NCBI GenBank assembly: GCA_964619585.1
Contig: CAZUCO010000003.1
Coordinates: 11,304 to 75,303, forward strand
Source: an uncultured Candidatus Saccharibacteria bacterium
GTDB taxonomy: Bacteria; Patescibacteriota; Saccharimonadia; Saccharimonadales; Saccharimonadaceae
DNA: 64,000 nt
Direction: 5' to 3'
The notes below the pieces were generated by a model. That model searched no databases. It was not told the DNA's origin and saw only the letters and a program-made list of their open reading frames with translations. Below, piece after piece: positions 52,874 through 62,117 of the stretch (the first letter of the stretch is position 1; the number at the start of each line of letters is the position of its first letter). The translations under genes were made by a program, and so were the position numbers.

Positions 52874-53374
52874 TTAAATATGTACTGATTCCAGTATCTT
52901 CTCAAGTCGTTCATGTAGCCGTGTGACTCGTCCTTCTACATCGATATTCTCGCGGAGCTGGGTCCGCGATATCTTACTTGCTTCTGTGATTCCTCTTACA
53001 TGAAGTGAACAGTCTAGATCCGCACAAACTAAGTATGATACCGAGCCATTTACTGATTTCTTGAGAGTCAATATACCGGAACCAGTCCCTCGTCGCCACG
53101 TGGCACAGATATCGCAGATAACTGCCTCAACCCTACCAACAGAATTTGCCCTTCGCTTGGCGAATGTAAACGGAATCATATTCTCTCGATATATTAGGAC
53201 ACCCGCGTTGCCTGTTCGGTCGAATATTGCCAAGAAATCCCGATCACTCCAATGATCGATCAGCTCTGGTTGATAACGTAGCTGCTCACGCTGCTTTTTA
53301 CGTAGCTTAGCCTGAGCGGCATGTTCATCAAATTGTATTTTTGTGATGATATCCATAGTACTACTATACTTCAC
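52874..53374 (-). CDS. FBP-domain (FusB/FusC-like EF-G-binding family) protein
   Basis: The C-terminal treble-clef-like pattern is CDICATWRRG...YLVCADLDCSLHVR. Confidence 0.45.
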   Translation of the reverse strand: MKYSSTMDIITKIQFDEHAAQAKLRKKQREQLRYQPELIDHWSDRDFLAIFDRTGNAGVLIYRENMIPFTFAKRRANSVGRVEAVICDICATWRRGTGSGILTLKKSVNGSVSYLVCADLDCSLHVRGITEASKISRTQLRENIDVEGRVTRLHERLEKILESVHI

Positions 53375-53436
53375 CCCTTCTCCTGCTCATTCTACAGTTG
53401 CTCTATACCTGCTAGGGATATAGGGTAGAACAACTC

Positions 53437-54123
53437 TTAGCGCTTACTGTCTTTTTCTTCGTACATAGCCTCGTCGGCCTGATCGAGAAGTGTCTCAAGA
53501 TTAGTCCCAACCTTTGGATCATAGTAAGTACTGCCGATTGCAAATCCCATATTAACCTTGGCAGCGAATGTATTGGTAGCAAGAAATTGATACTCTAAAT
53601 CCTTGATAAATTCGTATGTATTGTCCATTTGCTCCTGATACGACGATACAGCGTTTCGATCGCTGTCATCAAGATTTACCAAAACGATAAACTCATCACC
53701 ACCGATACGACCACCACTCATGCCCACACTATCAGCCACGCGCTTAAAGCTATGCGCCAATAGCACCCCTATATCGCGGAGTACCTTATCCCCGTGTCGA
53801 TGACCATAGGTGTCGTTTAATGCCTTAAAATTATTGAGATCAATAAGAAACAGGCCAAAAGCTTCACGCTTAGCGATATATGCTTCAATCCTCTCAGTAA
53901 CGGCTTTTTTGCTAAGCAGTTCAGGAATAAGATCATCTCGTTCGGCATCTTCTTTCGCTTGACGAAGTGCTTCATTTGCCAGCCGAAGCTCATCTTCAGC
54001 CCTCCGGACACGACTTTCAAGCTCAGCATTAGTAGCCAAGCTCTGACTGAGTTGTTCTTCAAGATGAGTGCCATAGGTTACCACATCTGATTCTGGTAGT
54101 TCTCGGGTGATTGTCACAAACAT
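53437..54123 (-). CDS. Diguanylate cyclase (GGDEF domain) with an N-terminal coiled-coil
   Basis: FLIDLNNFKALNDTYGHRHGD and GRIGGDEFIVL. The GGDEF motif is intact. Confidence 0.8.
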   Translation of the reverse strand: MFVTITRELPESDVVTYGTHLEEQLSQSLATNAELESRVRRAEDELRLANEALRQAKEDAERDDLIPELLSKKAVTERIEAYIAKREAFGLFLIDLNNFKALNDTYGHRHGDKVLRDIGVLLAHSFKRVADSVGMSGGRIGGDEFIVLVNLDDSDRNAVSSYQEQMDNTYEFIKDLEYQFLATNTFAAKVNMGFAIGSTYYDPKVGTNLETLLDQADEAMYEEKDSKR

Positions 54124-54274
54124 TTATTATAACACAAGATATAATATAAAGCAATAAATTGTACTCTGTCGGGCCTGGTGTAATCACGATCACGCTTGCC
54201 CAAAACAAGACTCGCCAGCTTCTATTCTCAATTATATGATTCCTTTGGGCTGGCCCGCATGCTAGAGTGGCTTT

Positions 54275-54817
54275 ATGACACACTACAACAAGCTTGCCAC
54301 CCCCCATGAAGTTAATCAATCAATCAGTGCAATTGCCACGCAGATATTACAAGACCACGAAGAAACACCGCTTTTCGTTGCGCTCCTGCGTGGAGCAGCA
54401 CCGTTCAGTGCGAAACTTATGACTGAAATCGTTAAGCAATCTCCCGACTACCATCCAGAGCTAGACTACATGATGGTAAGTACCTATGGTGCCGGACAAC
54501 ACGCTGGCGAGCCGCATATCGTCACCGACCTTGCGCCATCGACAACCGTAAATGGGCGGGAGGTCATCGTCATCGATGATGTTCTCGATAAGGGCATTAC
54601 CGCCAGTTTTGTTTTTCAGCACCTTCGCGCCCGAGGTGCGGCCGCACTACGATTGGCCGTTCTCTGCGACAAACAAGTCAGTCGCCAAGAATCAATCGAA
54701 GCTGACTACAAAGGCTTTACCTTTGAAGATAATTGGCTTGTTGGCATGGGTATGGACGATGCAGGCGCTGCTCGTGAAGGGTATCGTTGGCTCGAAGAGA
54801 TTTGGGAAATCACCTAA
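54275..54817 (+). CDS. hpt: Hypoxanthine phosphoribosyltransferase
   Basis: The PRPP-binding motif is VIVIDDVLDKGITA. The size and flanking motifs are typical of Hpt. Confidence 0.8.
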   Translation: MTHYNKLATPHEVNQSISAIATQILQDHEETPLFVALLRGAAPFSAKLMTEIVKQSPDYHPELDYMMVSTYGAGQHAGEPHIVTDLAPSTTVNGREVIVIDDVLDKGITASFVFQHLRARGAAALRLAVLCDKQVSRQESIEADYKGFTFEDNWLVGMGMDDAGAAREGYRWLEEIWEIT

Positions 54818-54842
54818 TAAATATCAGAGCATTGGACACTTT

Positions 54843-55463
54843 TTACTGATCTAAGAGGGAGCCTTTATATTCCCATTCAGTATCATCACCTCCAGAAAAC
54901 GATGTTCGCACAGGCACACCACCCAAGTAGCGACAGTTATAGTACGCCTTTATCGCGTCTGCTGTCTGACGCGATGGCACAAGAGCACCACTTTCACCAA
55001 CTGTAAACGTAAGCGATGCTGCATCTGTTTTAGTTGCGTCAATAGTCACTTCCTTGCCATCAAATTTAAATTCAGCGTCTTGCTTTGTATCATAAACAGT
55101 GTTTCGTAGGCAAGATCGACCAGCTCGGATAGTCACTGCATCAAACGCTTGAGGTAATAGCGCTCTTATACCATGGCTGTCGGTGTGTGTCCGATCGGAC
55201 CGTTCAATAATTGGCGCAATAAAGCTAATCTCGTACTTACGTTCAACCGAGGCCTCTTCAAAACTTTCTTGGACCTCAGAGATAAGCTTTTGCTCCTGTT
55301 CAGCACGAGGTAGCTGCGTACCACTAGTGCCTACTGCATCTTGCCCAAATGTCACACCAAGACAGATAGCCGCAAGTCCACCTGCGATTCCACTGTACAA
55401 AGTCCTTACTCTTTCGCCAGATATTCGATTACAGTTTGCTGTCGGATTATATTCTTTTGCCAT
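54843..55463 (-). CDS. Hypothetical exported protein
   Basis: 206 aa with a hydrophobic segment (LYSGIAGGLAAICLGVTF) near the N-terminus. I recognise no motif. Confidence 0.35.
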   Translation of the reverse strand: MAKEYNPTANCNRISGERVRTLYSGIAGGLAAICLGVTFGQDAVGTSGTQLPRAEQEQKLISEVQESFEEASVERKYEISFIAPIIERSDRTHTDSHGIRALLPQAFDAVTIRAGRSCLRNTVYDTKQDAEFKFDGKEVTIDATKTDAASLTFTVGESGALVPSRQTADAIKAYYNCRYLGGVPVRTSFSGGDDTEWEYKGSLLDQ

Positions 55464-55562
55464 AGTAACTCAGCTCCTTTGCTATAAAATAGCATAGACA
55501 TCTATCAAGCTAAACCATAAGCGTTAATCGAGCTGTTACACCACACAACCACTGCTATATCG

Positions 55563-56360
55563 CTATCCAATATCTCGACGCCGGAAAACAACGATGGCAA
55601 TCAATAGCGCAATCAGTGTCACTCCTCCAAGTACGGCCACATTTGCCCACTCGATACCCCCTTTTACCACGTCAACCGCTGGGAAATAGTGCAGTAGTGA
55701 TAGCCCTTCGTAGTTCTTGAGCCAGTCGACCGCATCACCAAATGTCGAGAGGATAAAGCTTCCGATCACTGCCACAACACCGATCATCGTGGCAAAAGCC
55801 CGCTTACCAAGTGCCATGCCAGCAGCAAACGGTACTGATCCCAGCGTGACCATGAGCAGCCAGCTAAAGCCAAGTAGCTGTGCCAAATGGCTAAACTCGA
55901 TCGACGCATCATCAAGAAACGGAAGTACTGCATAAATACCTACGGCGATACCAATCGTCGCAATAAATGTGATCGTCACCATAGCGAGCCACTTTTCGAG
56001 TAAAATCTTCGTGCGGCTAATCGGCAGCGCAGTAATTGTACGTAGCTCTCCCGATTCTTCCTCGGAGCTACTGAGCCCAATGCCCAGGATAATCGCCATA
56101 ATGCCCGCAATCAGCGGCAAGCGAATATCGAACAGTTGCGATGCTATATAGGTTGAAAATTCCTGCAGATCAGCTAGATTTCCGATCAAGCCTTCAAAAG
56201 CTTTTGGCATATTCTTGACCAGCTCGTCGATTGCCCCGTCTTGGTGCATCGCCGGATAAAACGTCGTCATCAGTGCAGCCAGCGCAATTAGGCCAAGCGT
56301 CCAGCCAAACACAAACCAGCGACGCTCATACATTGTCTTGGCGTAAACAGAACGTATCAT
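55563..56360 (-). CDS. ABC-2 type transporter permease
   Basis: Six hydrophobic segments. A 4-nt overlap links it to the upstream ATPase gene. Confidence 0.65.
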   Translation of the reverse strand: MIRSVYAKTMYERRWFVFGWTLGLIALAALMTTFYPAMHQDGAIDELVKNMPKAFEGLIGNLADLQEFSTYIASQLFDIRLPLIAGIMAIILGIGLSSSEEESGELRTITALPISRTKILLEKWLAMVTITFIATIGIAVGIYAVLPFLDDASIEFSHLAQLLGFSWLLMVTLGSVPFAAGMALGKRAFATMIGVVAVIGSFILSTFGDAVDWLKNYEGLSLLHYFPAVDVVKGGIEWANVAVLGGVTLIALLIAIVVFRRRDIG

Positions 56361-57256
56361 TTCCGTGCCTCCTCATTCTCATACATCTCTTTGAATGCGC
56401 TTTCGAGGTTGTACTCCGTAATCTCTATATCTTGGAGCTGCTTCAAAGCTGCAACCCAACGCTGGAGCTCGGCTGTTTCACCGCGGAATGCAAAACTCAA
56501 CACATACCCGTCTTTTTCTGTCGTACGCTCAACTTCGGTCGCATCCTTTGGCGGATTGGTTGTTTTCTGTCTCGTCACCACTCGTACTTGTTTGCCGCTA
56601 CTTGCGAGTAACTCCTCCGCAGACACGTCCTTGATTACCTGCCCTTCACGCATCAAGATTACACGGTTACAGACATCAGCAACTTCGTTGAGATAGTGGC
56701 TAGACATAAAGATCGTCTTGCCTTCTGCTTGGCTCTCTCGTACCAGTTGTAAAAACACCTCTTGCATCACAGGGTCCAGGCCGCTTGTTGGCTCGTCGAG
56801 AATAATCAGCTCTGGGTCGGTGACAAACGCACCAATCAGCGCAATCTTTTGCTTGTTACCACGTGAGAGAGTACCAATCTTTTTGTTCAGCTGAGGTTTA
56901 AAACGTGCACAAAGATCATCAAATAGCTTGTCGTGGTTCTTACCTGACTGCCTGCGAACAAAATGCAGATACTGTGCGCCAGTCAGACGAGGTGGAAGTT
57001 CCATGTCCCCTGCCGCGTAGCCAATCCTCTTGTGAAGCGTATGTGCCGAGGCAGGTTTTATTGCTTTACCAAATAGCTCGATGCTACCGCTCGTCGGTAC
57101 GATAAACCCTAGAATAGTGCTGATAGTAGTTGTCTTACCGGCACCATTGGCGCCAACAAATCCGACGACATCACCCTTCTCAACCTGAAACGAAATGTCA
57201 TTTAATGCTTTTGTTTTTCCGAAATGTTTTACAAGATGGGTGACTTTGAGCACCAT
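56357..57256 (-). CDS. ABC transporter ATP-binding protein
   Basis: Walker A GANGAGKTT, signature LSRGNKQK and Walker B LIILDEP. Confidence 0.9.
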   Translation of the reverse strand: MVLKVTHLVKHFGKTKALNDISFQVEKGDVVGFVGANGAGKTTTISTILGFIVPTSGSIELFGKAIKPASAHTLHKRIGYAAGDMELPPRLTGAQYLHFVRRQSGKNHDKLFDDLCARFKPQLNKKIGTLSRGNKQKIALIGAFVTDPELIILDEPTSGLDPVMQEVFLQLVRESQAEGKTIFMSSHYLNEVADVCNRVILMREGQVIKDVSAEELLASSGKQVRVVTRQKTTNPPKDATEVERTTEKDGYVLSFAFRGETAELQRWVAALKQLQDIEITEYNLESAFKEMYENEEARK

Positions 57257-57369
57257 ATCATGCTTCCCCCTTTACTGTGAACAGTATAGCACGAGCGCTT
57301 TCAATCACATTGGTGTCTTCAAGCTGCAAAAAAATATAAGTGCAGTCACTGTCTTGATACAATAAATAC

Positions 57370-57990
57370 ATGTCGCTTCAATTTTCCAGATCGTCTCCCA
57401 CAAAACGCATACTTACACTTCTGTTTACCATTGCGTCGCTATCCGGGATCGGGGTCGGGCTATATCTCCTCTACCAGTCGTTCTCACCAGCAGTAAGTGG
57501 TGTCATCATCAATCCCCACGACAACCCCACGACAAAAGTGCTCCTCAAAAAGCAAACACCAAAAACCAACCAACTCTACATTCCAAGCATCGATGTTAGC
57601 GTATCGTTCGCGACTGACGCTTCGTCACTTCAGACTGGTGCATGGTGGCGACATCCCGAAAACGGGGATCCAGAGACGGGCGGTAATTTTGTCCTTGCAG
57701 CACACCGCCTGGAGATTGGCTGGTTGCCTGGAGAGACCGTGCGAAAATCGCCGTTCTACAACATCGGAAAATTAAGAGTTGGCGATAAGATCACTATCGA
57801 TTATCAGAAAAAACGCTATCATTACACTATCCGTCGTATCTTCACCGTCAAGCCAAACGCTGTCGAGATCGAGCAGCGTACCAATACCCCTCAACTCACA
57901 CTCTACTCCTGTACGCTCGCCGGTGCCAACGATGGTCGTGAGGTAATCATCGCAACTCCCACTAAACCTGACTCAAAGCAGCACAGCTAA
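57370..57990 (+). CDS. Sortase family transpeptidase
   Basis: N-terminal TM anchor, FVLAAHR (catalytic His), LTLYSCT (TLxTC Cys) and a downstream Arg (GREV). Confidence 0.75.
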   Translation: MSLQFSRSSPTKRILTLLFTIASLSGIGVGLYLLYQSFSPAVSGVIINPHDNPTTKVLLKKQTPKTNQLYIPSIDVSVSFATDASSLQTGAWWRHPENGDPETGGNFVLAAHRLEIGWLPGETVRKSPFYNIGKLRVGDKITIDYQKKRYHYTIRRIFTVKPNAVEIEQRTNTPQLTLYSCTLAGANDGREVIIATPTKPDSKQHS

Positions 57991-58001
57991 AGACACCCTT
58001 G

Positions 58002-59417
58002 CTAGTGTGCCGTAACGGTCGCTCCGTTTGCTTCACCCACTGATTTCTTTGGCACTCTTATGACAAACAATGCGACCAGAAGCGCTACAATCATAAGCCC
58101 TGTTGCTGTGGTGAATACTGCGTGATATCCGCCAAGTTGACGAGTAATATCGTCCGAGGTTTGACCGGCAAATATCGCCACACTTGAGAGTACCGCAACA
58201 CCAGCCGCACCGCCGACCTGCTGCGAAGTGTTGATCAGACCAGACACGAGCCCCGACTCCCGTGCGGGCACACCCGAGGTTGCCGCCAATATAGTCCCGA
58301 GGAAGAATAGTCCCATACCTACCGGCAGGATCACCATACTCGGTAATAGGTTAACTAAGTAATTGGCTTTTTCGGGTAGAAATGCCAGGAGTGCAATCCC
58401 GATGATTGATAAAGTCGTTCCCAGTACAAGCATCTTCTTGATGCCAATTCTATCGACCAGCTTAGGCGCGTTCCACGCAGTAAATCCCAATATAATTGGA
58501 AACACGAGGAAGGAAAGGCCACTCAGGATTGGCGAAAACTTTTGCATATCCTGAAGATACTGAGACAAGAAAAAGAACATCCCCAGCATACTCGCAAATG
58601 CTGGCACCATAATGATATTGCCTCCAACGACATTCCGAATCTTAAAGACTGATAGCGGCATCAGCGGATGTTTGGCACGCTTTTCATGACGTACAAATAT
58701 CCAAAGAAGGAGTATCGCCCCAATAATCATACTTATCACCGGTAAACTAGTCAGGCCAATTGTAGGCGCTTCGCTAATCGCATAGACCAGCAGTATCGTT
58801 CCTGCTGTCCCGAGCACGGCACCAGGTACATCGAGGTTTTTATCACTCTCCTCCTTCGCGTGGGCAGGTAGATATTTCATGATCCCCCAGGCAGCCAATA
58901 TGCCCACAGGTACATTCACAAAGAAGTCCCAATGCCAGCCCATAAGTTGGGTGATAATACCACCAAGTAATGTCCCGGCAGCCGCGCCTCCAGATGCTAC
59001 AATCGTCCACACACTGAGCGCCCTGTTTCGCTCTTTACCTTCGGCAAATGTCGCAAGCAAGACCGACATTGCCGCTGGTGACATAAATGCCGCCGCGATA
59101 CCTTGGATCGCACGAAGCACGATAAACATCAGTGGAGACTGCGATAGACCAATAAGCAGCGAGGTAGTCGTAAACCCTATGAGTCCAATCATCAATACAC
59201 GGCGACGACCAAACAGGTCCGAGGCTCGGCCGCCCAAGAGCAAAAAGCCACCAAAGGCAAGGATGTAGGCCGTCAAAACCCACTGAAGCGACTCATCGCT
59301 AAACCCAAGGGATTCCTGGATTGCCGGCAACGCTACGTTGACAATTGCACTATCTAGCACCACCAAAAACTGTGTCAGCGCAAGTAGTATCAATATTATT
59401 AATTTTTTCTTTGCCAC
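58002..59417 (-). CDS. MFS transporter, DHA2 (EmrB/QacA-like, 14-TM) family
   Basis: 471 aa with about 14 hydrophobic segments and a GRASDLFGRRRV motif A-like loop. Confidence 0.8.
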   Translation of the reverse strand: MAKKKLIILILLALTQFLVVLDSAIVNVALPAIQESLGFSDESLQWVLTAYILAFGGFLLLGGRASDLFGRRRVLMIGLIGFTTTSLLIGLSQSPLMFIVLRAIQGIAAAFMSPAAMSVLLATFAEGKERNRALSVWTIVASGGAAAGTLLGGIITQLMGWHWDFFVNVPVGILAAWGIMKYLPAHAKEESDKNLDVPGAVLGTAGTILLVYAISEAPTIGLTSLPVISMIIGAILLLWIFVRHEKRAKHPLMPLSVFKIRNVVGGNIIMVPAFASMLGMFFFLSQYLQDMQKFSPILSGLSFLVFPIILGFTAWNAPKLVDRIGIKKMLVLGTTLSIIGIALLAFLPEKANYLVNLLPSMVILPVGMGLFFLGTILAATSGVPARESGLVSGLINTSQQVGGAAGVAVLSSVAIFAGQTSDDITRQLGGYHAVFTTATGLMIVALLVALFVIRVPKKSVGEANGATVTAH

Positions 59418-59466
59418 ATGAATTCCTTTCCTGGTATGACTAATACCTCATCTGCAATTGATTGTA

Positions 59467-59501
59467 TTACTAAATAGTTTATATTGTCAACTATTTAGTA
59501 A
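59467..59501. promoter_or_regulatory. Perfect 13-bp inverted repeat, candidate MarR operator
   Basis: TTACTAAATAGTT (59467-59479), 9 nt, AACTATTTAGTAA (59489-59501), in the divergent MFS/marR intergenic region. Confidence 0.6.
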
Positions 59502-59521
59502 AATGATAAAATACTAATACT

Positions 59522-59980
59522 ATGGATCAATCCCTAAGGCAAAACCCGCTGTGGCTCATCTGGCTCTTATCGAGCCACCTCAAGCATTATATTGCTGAGT
59601 TCTCAGAGCAGAACCATCTCACTCCCAGTCAATTCCATGCCCTACTATTACTCGAGCCAGAGGGAGGAGCATCGATGAGACAATTATCATGCCTCCTGAG
59701 CTGCGATCCCTCGTACGTCACGAGTATTGTTGATGGGCTCGAGACACTGGAATTGGTCTATCGCCAAGACTCACCAACCGATCGACGCACAAAGACTTTG
59801 ATGCTTAGTTCCACTGGCATCAAGTTGCGCAAATCTCTCATAGATAAGTTCCAGACCTACTACGAACAGCTAGAAATCGCCGATCACTTCAGCCCTACAA
59901 TTGTCGACGAACTCAATACTCTCACGACAGCTACATTCGAAATCAACAGAAAAAAGTCTGAACAAACAAAGAAGTCCTAG
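59522..59980 (+). CDS. MarR family transcriptional regulator
   Basis: wHTH with LTPSQFHALLLL...MRQLSCLLSCDPSYVTSIVDGLETLELVYRQDSPTDRR. Confidence 0.8.
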   Translation: MDQSLRQNPLWLIWLLSSHLKHYIAEFSEQNHLTPSQFHALLLLEPEGGASMRQLSCLLSCDPSYVTSIVDGLETLELVYRQDSPTDRRTKTLMLSSTGIKLRKSLIDKFQTYYEQLEIADHFSPTIVDELNTLTTATFEINRKKSEQTKKS

Positions 59981-59998
59981 ACTGTTCGTCTAGGACTT
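59972..59998. terminator. Bidirectional hairpin between marR and rpsO
   Basis: AAGTCCTAGAC-tgttc-GTCTAGGACTT (11-bp perfect stem). It overlaps the marR stop. Confidence 0.6.
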
Positions 59999-60029
59999 CT
60001 TTGTACGGCCGTCCGTCTGTAGAAGGTAT

Positions 60030-60299
60030 CTACTTACGAAGACCTAGCTTTGCGACAACGGCTTTGTACGCTTCAAAGTCTTTACGCTCGAGATATTTCA
60101 AAAGGCGCTTTCGCTTACCTACCATTTGGATCAACCCGCGACGAGCCATGTGGTCGTGCTTGTTGGCCTTTAGGTGCTCTGTCACCTCTTTGATACGAGC
60201 CGTAAGAATCGATACCTGCGCCTGTGGGCTACCGACATCGTTCTTCGAGACCTGAGTCAAAGCAATTGCCTGTGATTTGTTCTCTTTAGTAATCATCAA
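60030..60299 (-). CDS. rpsO: 30S ribosomal protein S15
   Basis: GSPQAQVSILTARIKEVTEHLKANKHDHMARRGLIQMVGKRKRLLKYL is a canonical S15. Confidence 0.9.
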   Translation of the reverse strand: MMITKENKSQAIALTQVSKNDVGSPQAQVSILTARIKEVTEHLKANKHDHMARRGLIQMVGKRKRLLKYLERKDFEAYKAVVAKLGLRK

Positions 60300-60339
60300 T
60301 GATGTACTATAGCATGTCTCAAAGAGATAATCAATGCTC

Positions 60340-61371
60340 CTACCCTCTTCGGCGGAGAATGTCTAAAATAGAGCGAAATGGCCGAGCTGCTGTTGCTGAA
60401 TTGTGCGACTCTATCCGGGCAACTCTTCCACCCTGCTGTATATCTGCTGTCTTCCTCATTATATAGAATTCAGGCTCATCAGCAATGACTCTATTTGCCA
60501 GAGCATCATATTCCCGCTGAAGCCGACACAACTCGACAGGAGATACATCAATATCAAAGTGCCAAAACCTCAGGTCCTCAGAGCGTACATAGGGCTTATC
60601 TTCTCCATTTGGGAAAAGTTCTTCAAATGCCTTAAAGTTGGCTCCAGACCCTCGGTCGTCAACAACCCATATCTCACCTCCGACTTTCACCACACGCAGT
60701 GCTTCTTCAATCAGCTTCGCAATATTCCATGACCTAACAGCAGGATCGCCAATCACATCATTGAAAAGTACCTTATCAAATGTATTATCGGCAAAGGGCA
60801 ACTCCCGTCCATCTGCAAGTAGTGGTATATGAGTCAGCTCGGGAACCTCTTTTCCCATTCGCCTTAACCTTTCAACCTCATTCGTATAAAGGGTCTTCAA
60901 TTTTCCTGTATCAGTTAACGGGTCATCTTCCGACTGGTACTCGCCTTGGAATTTCTGTAGCAGGTCAACCGTATACACAACACTATCCGGCGTAAGTTCC
61001 GAAAGGTTAAAGCCAGGGTGATAAGGTATACCGCCCGAATTCACAGTACCTACCTCAAGGAGAACTTCAGGTGCATACTCACGCTCAACACTCATTGATC
61101 TTCCAATTTCTCTTCCTATTCTTCGTGCGCGTTCCAAACGAGCCTCTGGGGAAAGGCCCTCCAAGAATCCCTCAGGGCTATTTTCTCCATCAACCATGCG
61201 TCTGGTCACGCTGTTCTCATACAAACTCTGCAATTCCACTTCACCAGCATCAGGATGCCGAAGTGCATATGCTTCTTTGAATTCTTCAGCAGCTGCTTGC
61301 TGCTCATCAGACTGTGGTGGCTGATCAATTAACATAACGTATATTATAGCATATTGGACTGTAAAAAGCAA
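60340..61371 (-). CDS. Class I SAM-dependent methyltransferase-like protein
   Basis: LLADGRELPFADNTFDKVLFNDVIG...LIEEALRVVKVGGEIWVV resembles the Methyltransf_11 post-I/II regions. The N-terminal part is atypical. The start may be MLIDQPP (61335). Confidence 0.4.
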   Translation of the reverse strand: MLFTVQYAIIYVMLIDQPPQSDEQQAAAEEFKEAYALRHPDAGEVELQSLYENSVTRRMVDGENSPEGFLEGLSPEARLERARRIGREIGRSMSVEREYAPEVLLEVGTVNSGGIPYHPGFNLSELTPDSVVYTVDLLQKFQGEYQSEDDPLTDTGKLKTLYTNEVERLRRMGKEVPELTHIPLLADGRELPFADNTFDKVLFNDVIGDPAVRSWNIAKLIEEALRVVKVGGEIWVVDDRGSGANFKAFEELFPNGEDKPYVRSEDLRFWHFDIDVSPVELCRLQREYDALANRVIADEPEFYIMRKTADIQQGGRVARIESHNSATAARPFRSILDILRRRG

Positions 61372-61374
61372 TTA

Positions 61375-62049
61375 TTAACTCTGGTCGAGCGCGTAGTCTG
61401 CAACTGATATGCGCCGCAACACCTGACAATATGCTCCCGTCCCCAGTGCACCCCCAATATCCTCTGCCAATGTACGAATATACGTCCCACTACTGACATG
61501 TGTTCGAATCTTTACCTCTGGATAGGTATACTCAATCAATTCGATCGAATAAATCGTTACGTTTCTCGACGGGATCTCCACATCCTTGCCCTGATGTGCC
61601 AGCTTATACGCCCGCTGCCCATTGATCTTGATGGCACTGAATTTTGGCGGAATCTGCGTGATCTCACCGGTAAATTCCTTGAGGGCAGCTTCCACCCCTT
61701 CTTTTGTTGGTACGCGATCAGATACCTTCGTCATCTCGCCTTCCGGATCGCCAGTCGTACTGGTTTGCCCCAGATAGATCGTTGCTTCATATACCTTGTC
61801 GAGCTTGAGGAACTCATCGGCCCTTTTGGTCGCATCCCCGAGTAAGATAACGAGAAGTCCGGTCGCAAACGGATCGAGCGTGCCGGCATGACCAACCTTC
61901 AGCTGACGCTTGGTTGGCTTGATCCCCTTTTCCTGGTACTCATGTCGGATCTGCCCGCGAATCTTCGCGACCACATCAAAACTTGTCCACTCGGCTGGCT
62001 TGTCGACGAGCAAAATGCCATCTTGGGATTTTGAGAGATCAAATTGCAT
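61375..62049 (-). CDS. truB: tRNA pseudouridine(55) synthase
   Basis: GILLVDKPAEWTSFDVV and VGHAGTLDPFATGLL (catalytic Asp). I moved the start to MQFDLSK (62049). Confidence 0.85.
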   Translation of the reverse strand: MQFDLSKSQDGILLVDKPAEWTSFDVVAKIRGQIRHEYQEKGIKPTKRQLKVGHAGTLDPFATGLLVILLGDATKRADEFLKLDKVYEATIYLGQTSTTGDPEGEMTKVSDRVPTKEGVEAALKEFTGEITQIPPKFSAIKINGQRAYKLAHQGKDVEIPSRNVTIYSIELIEYTYPEVKIRTHVSSGTYIRTLAEDIGGALGTGAYCQVLRRISVADYALDQS

Positions 62050-62117
62050 CAGCCATATTATAGCAAAGCCTCTGCTTATCAACTCTGGTGATAGTACAGC
62101 TAGAGTATACTGGAGAC

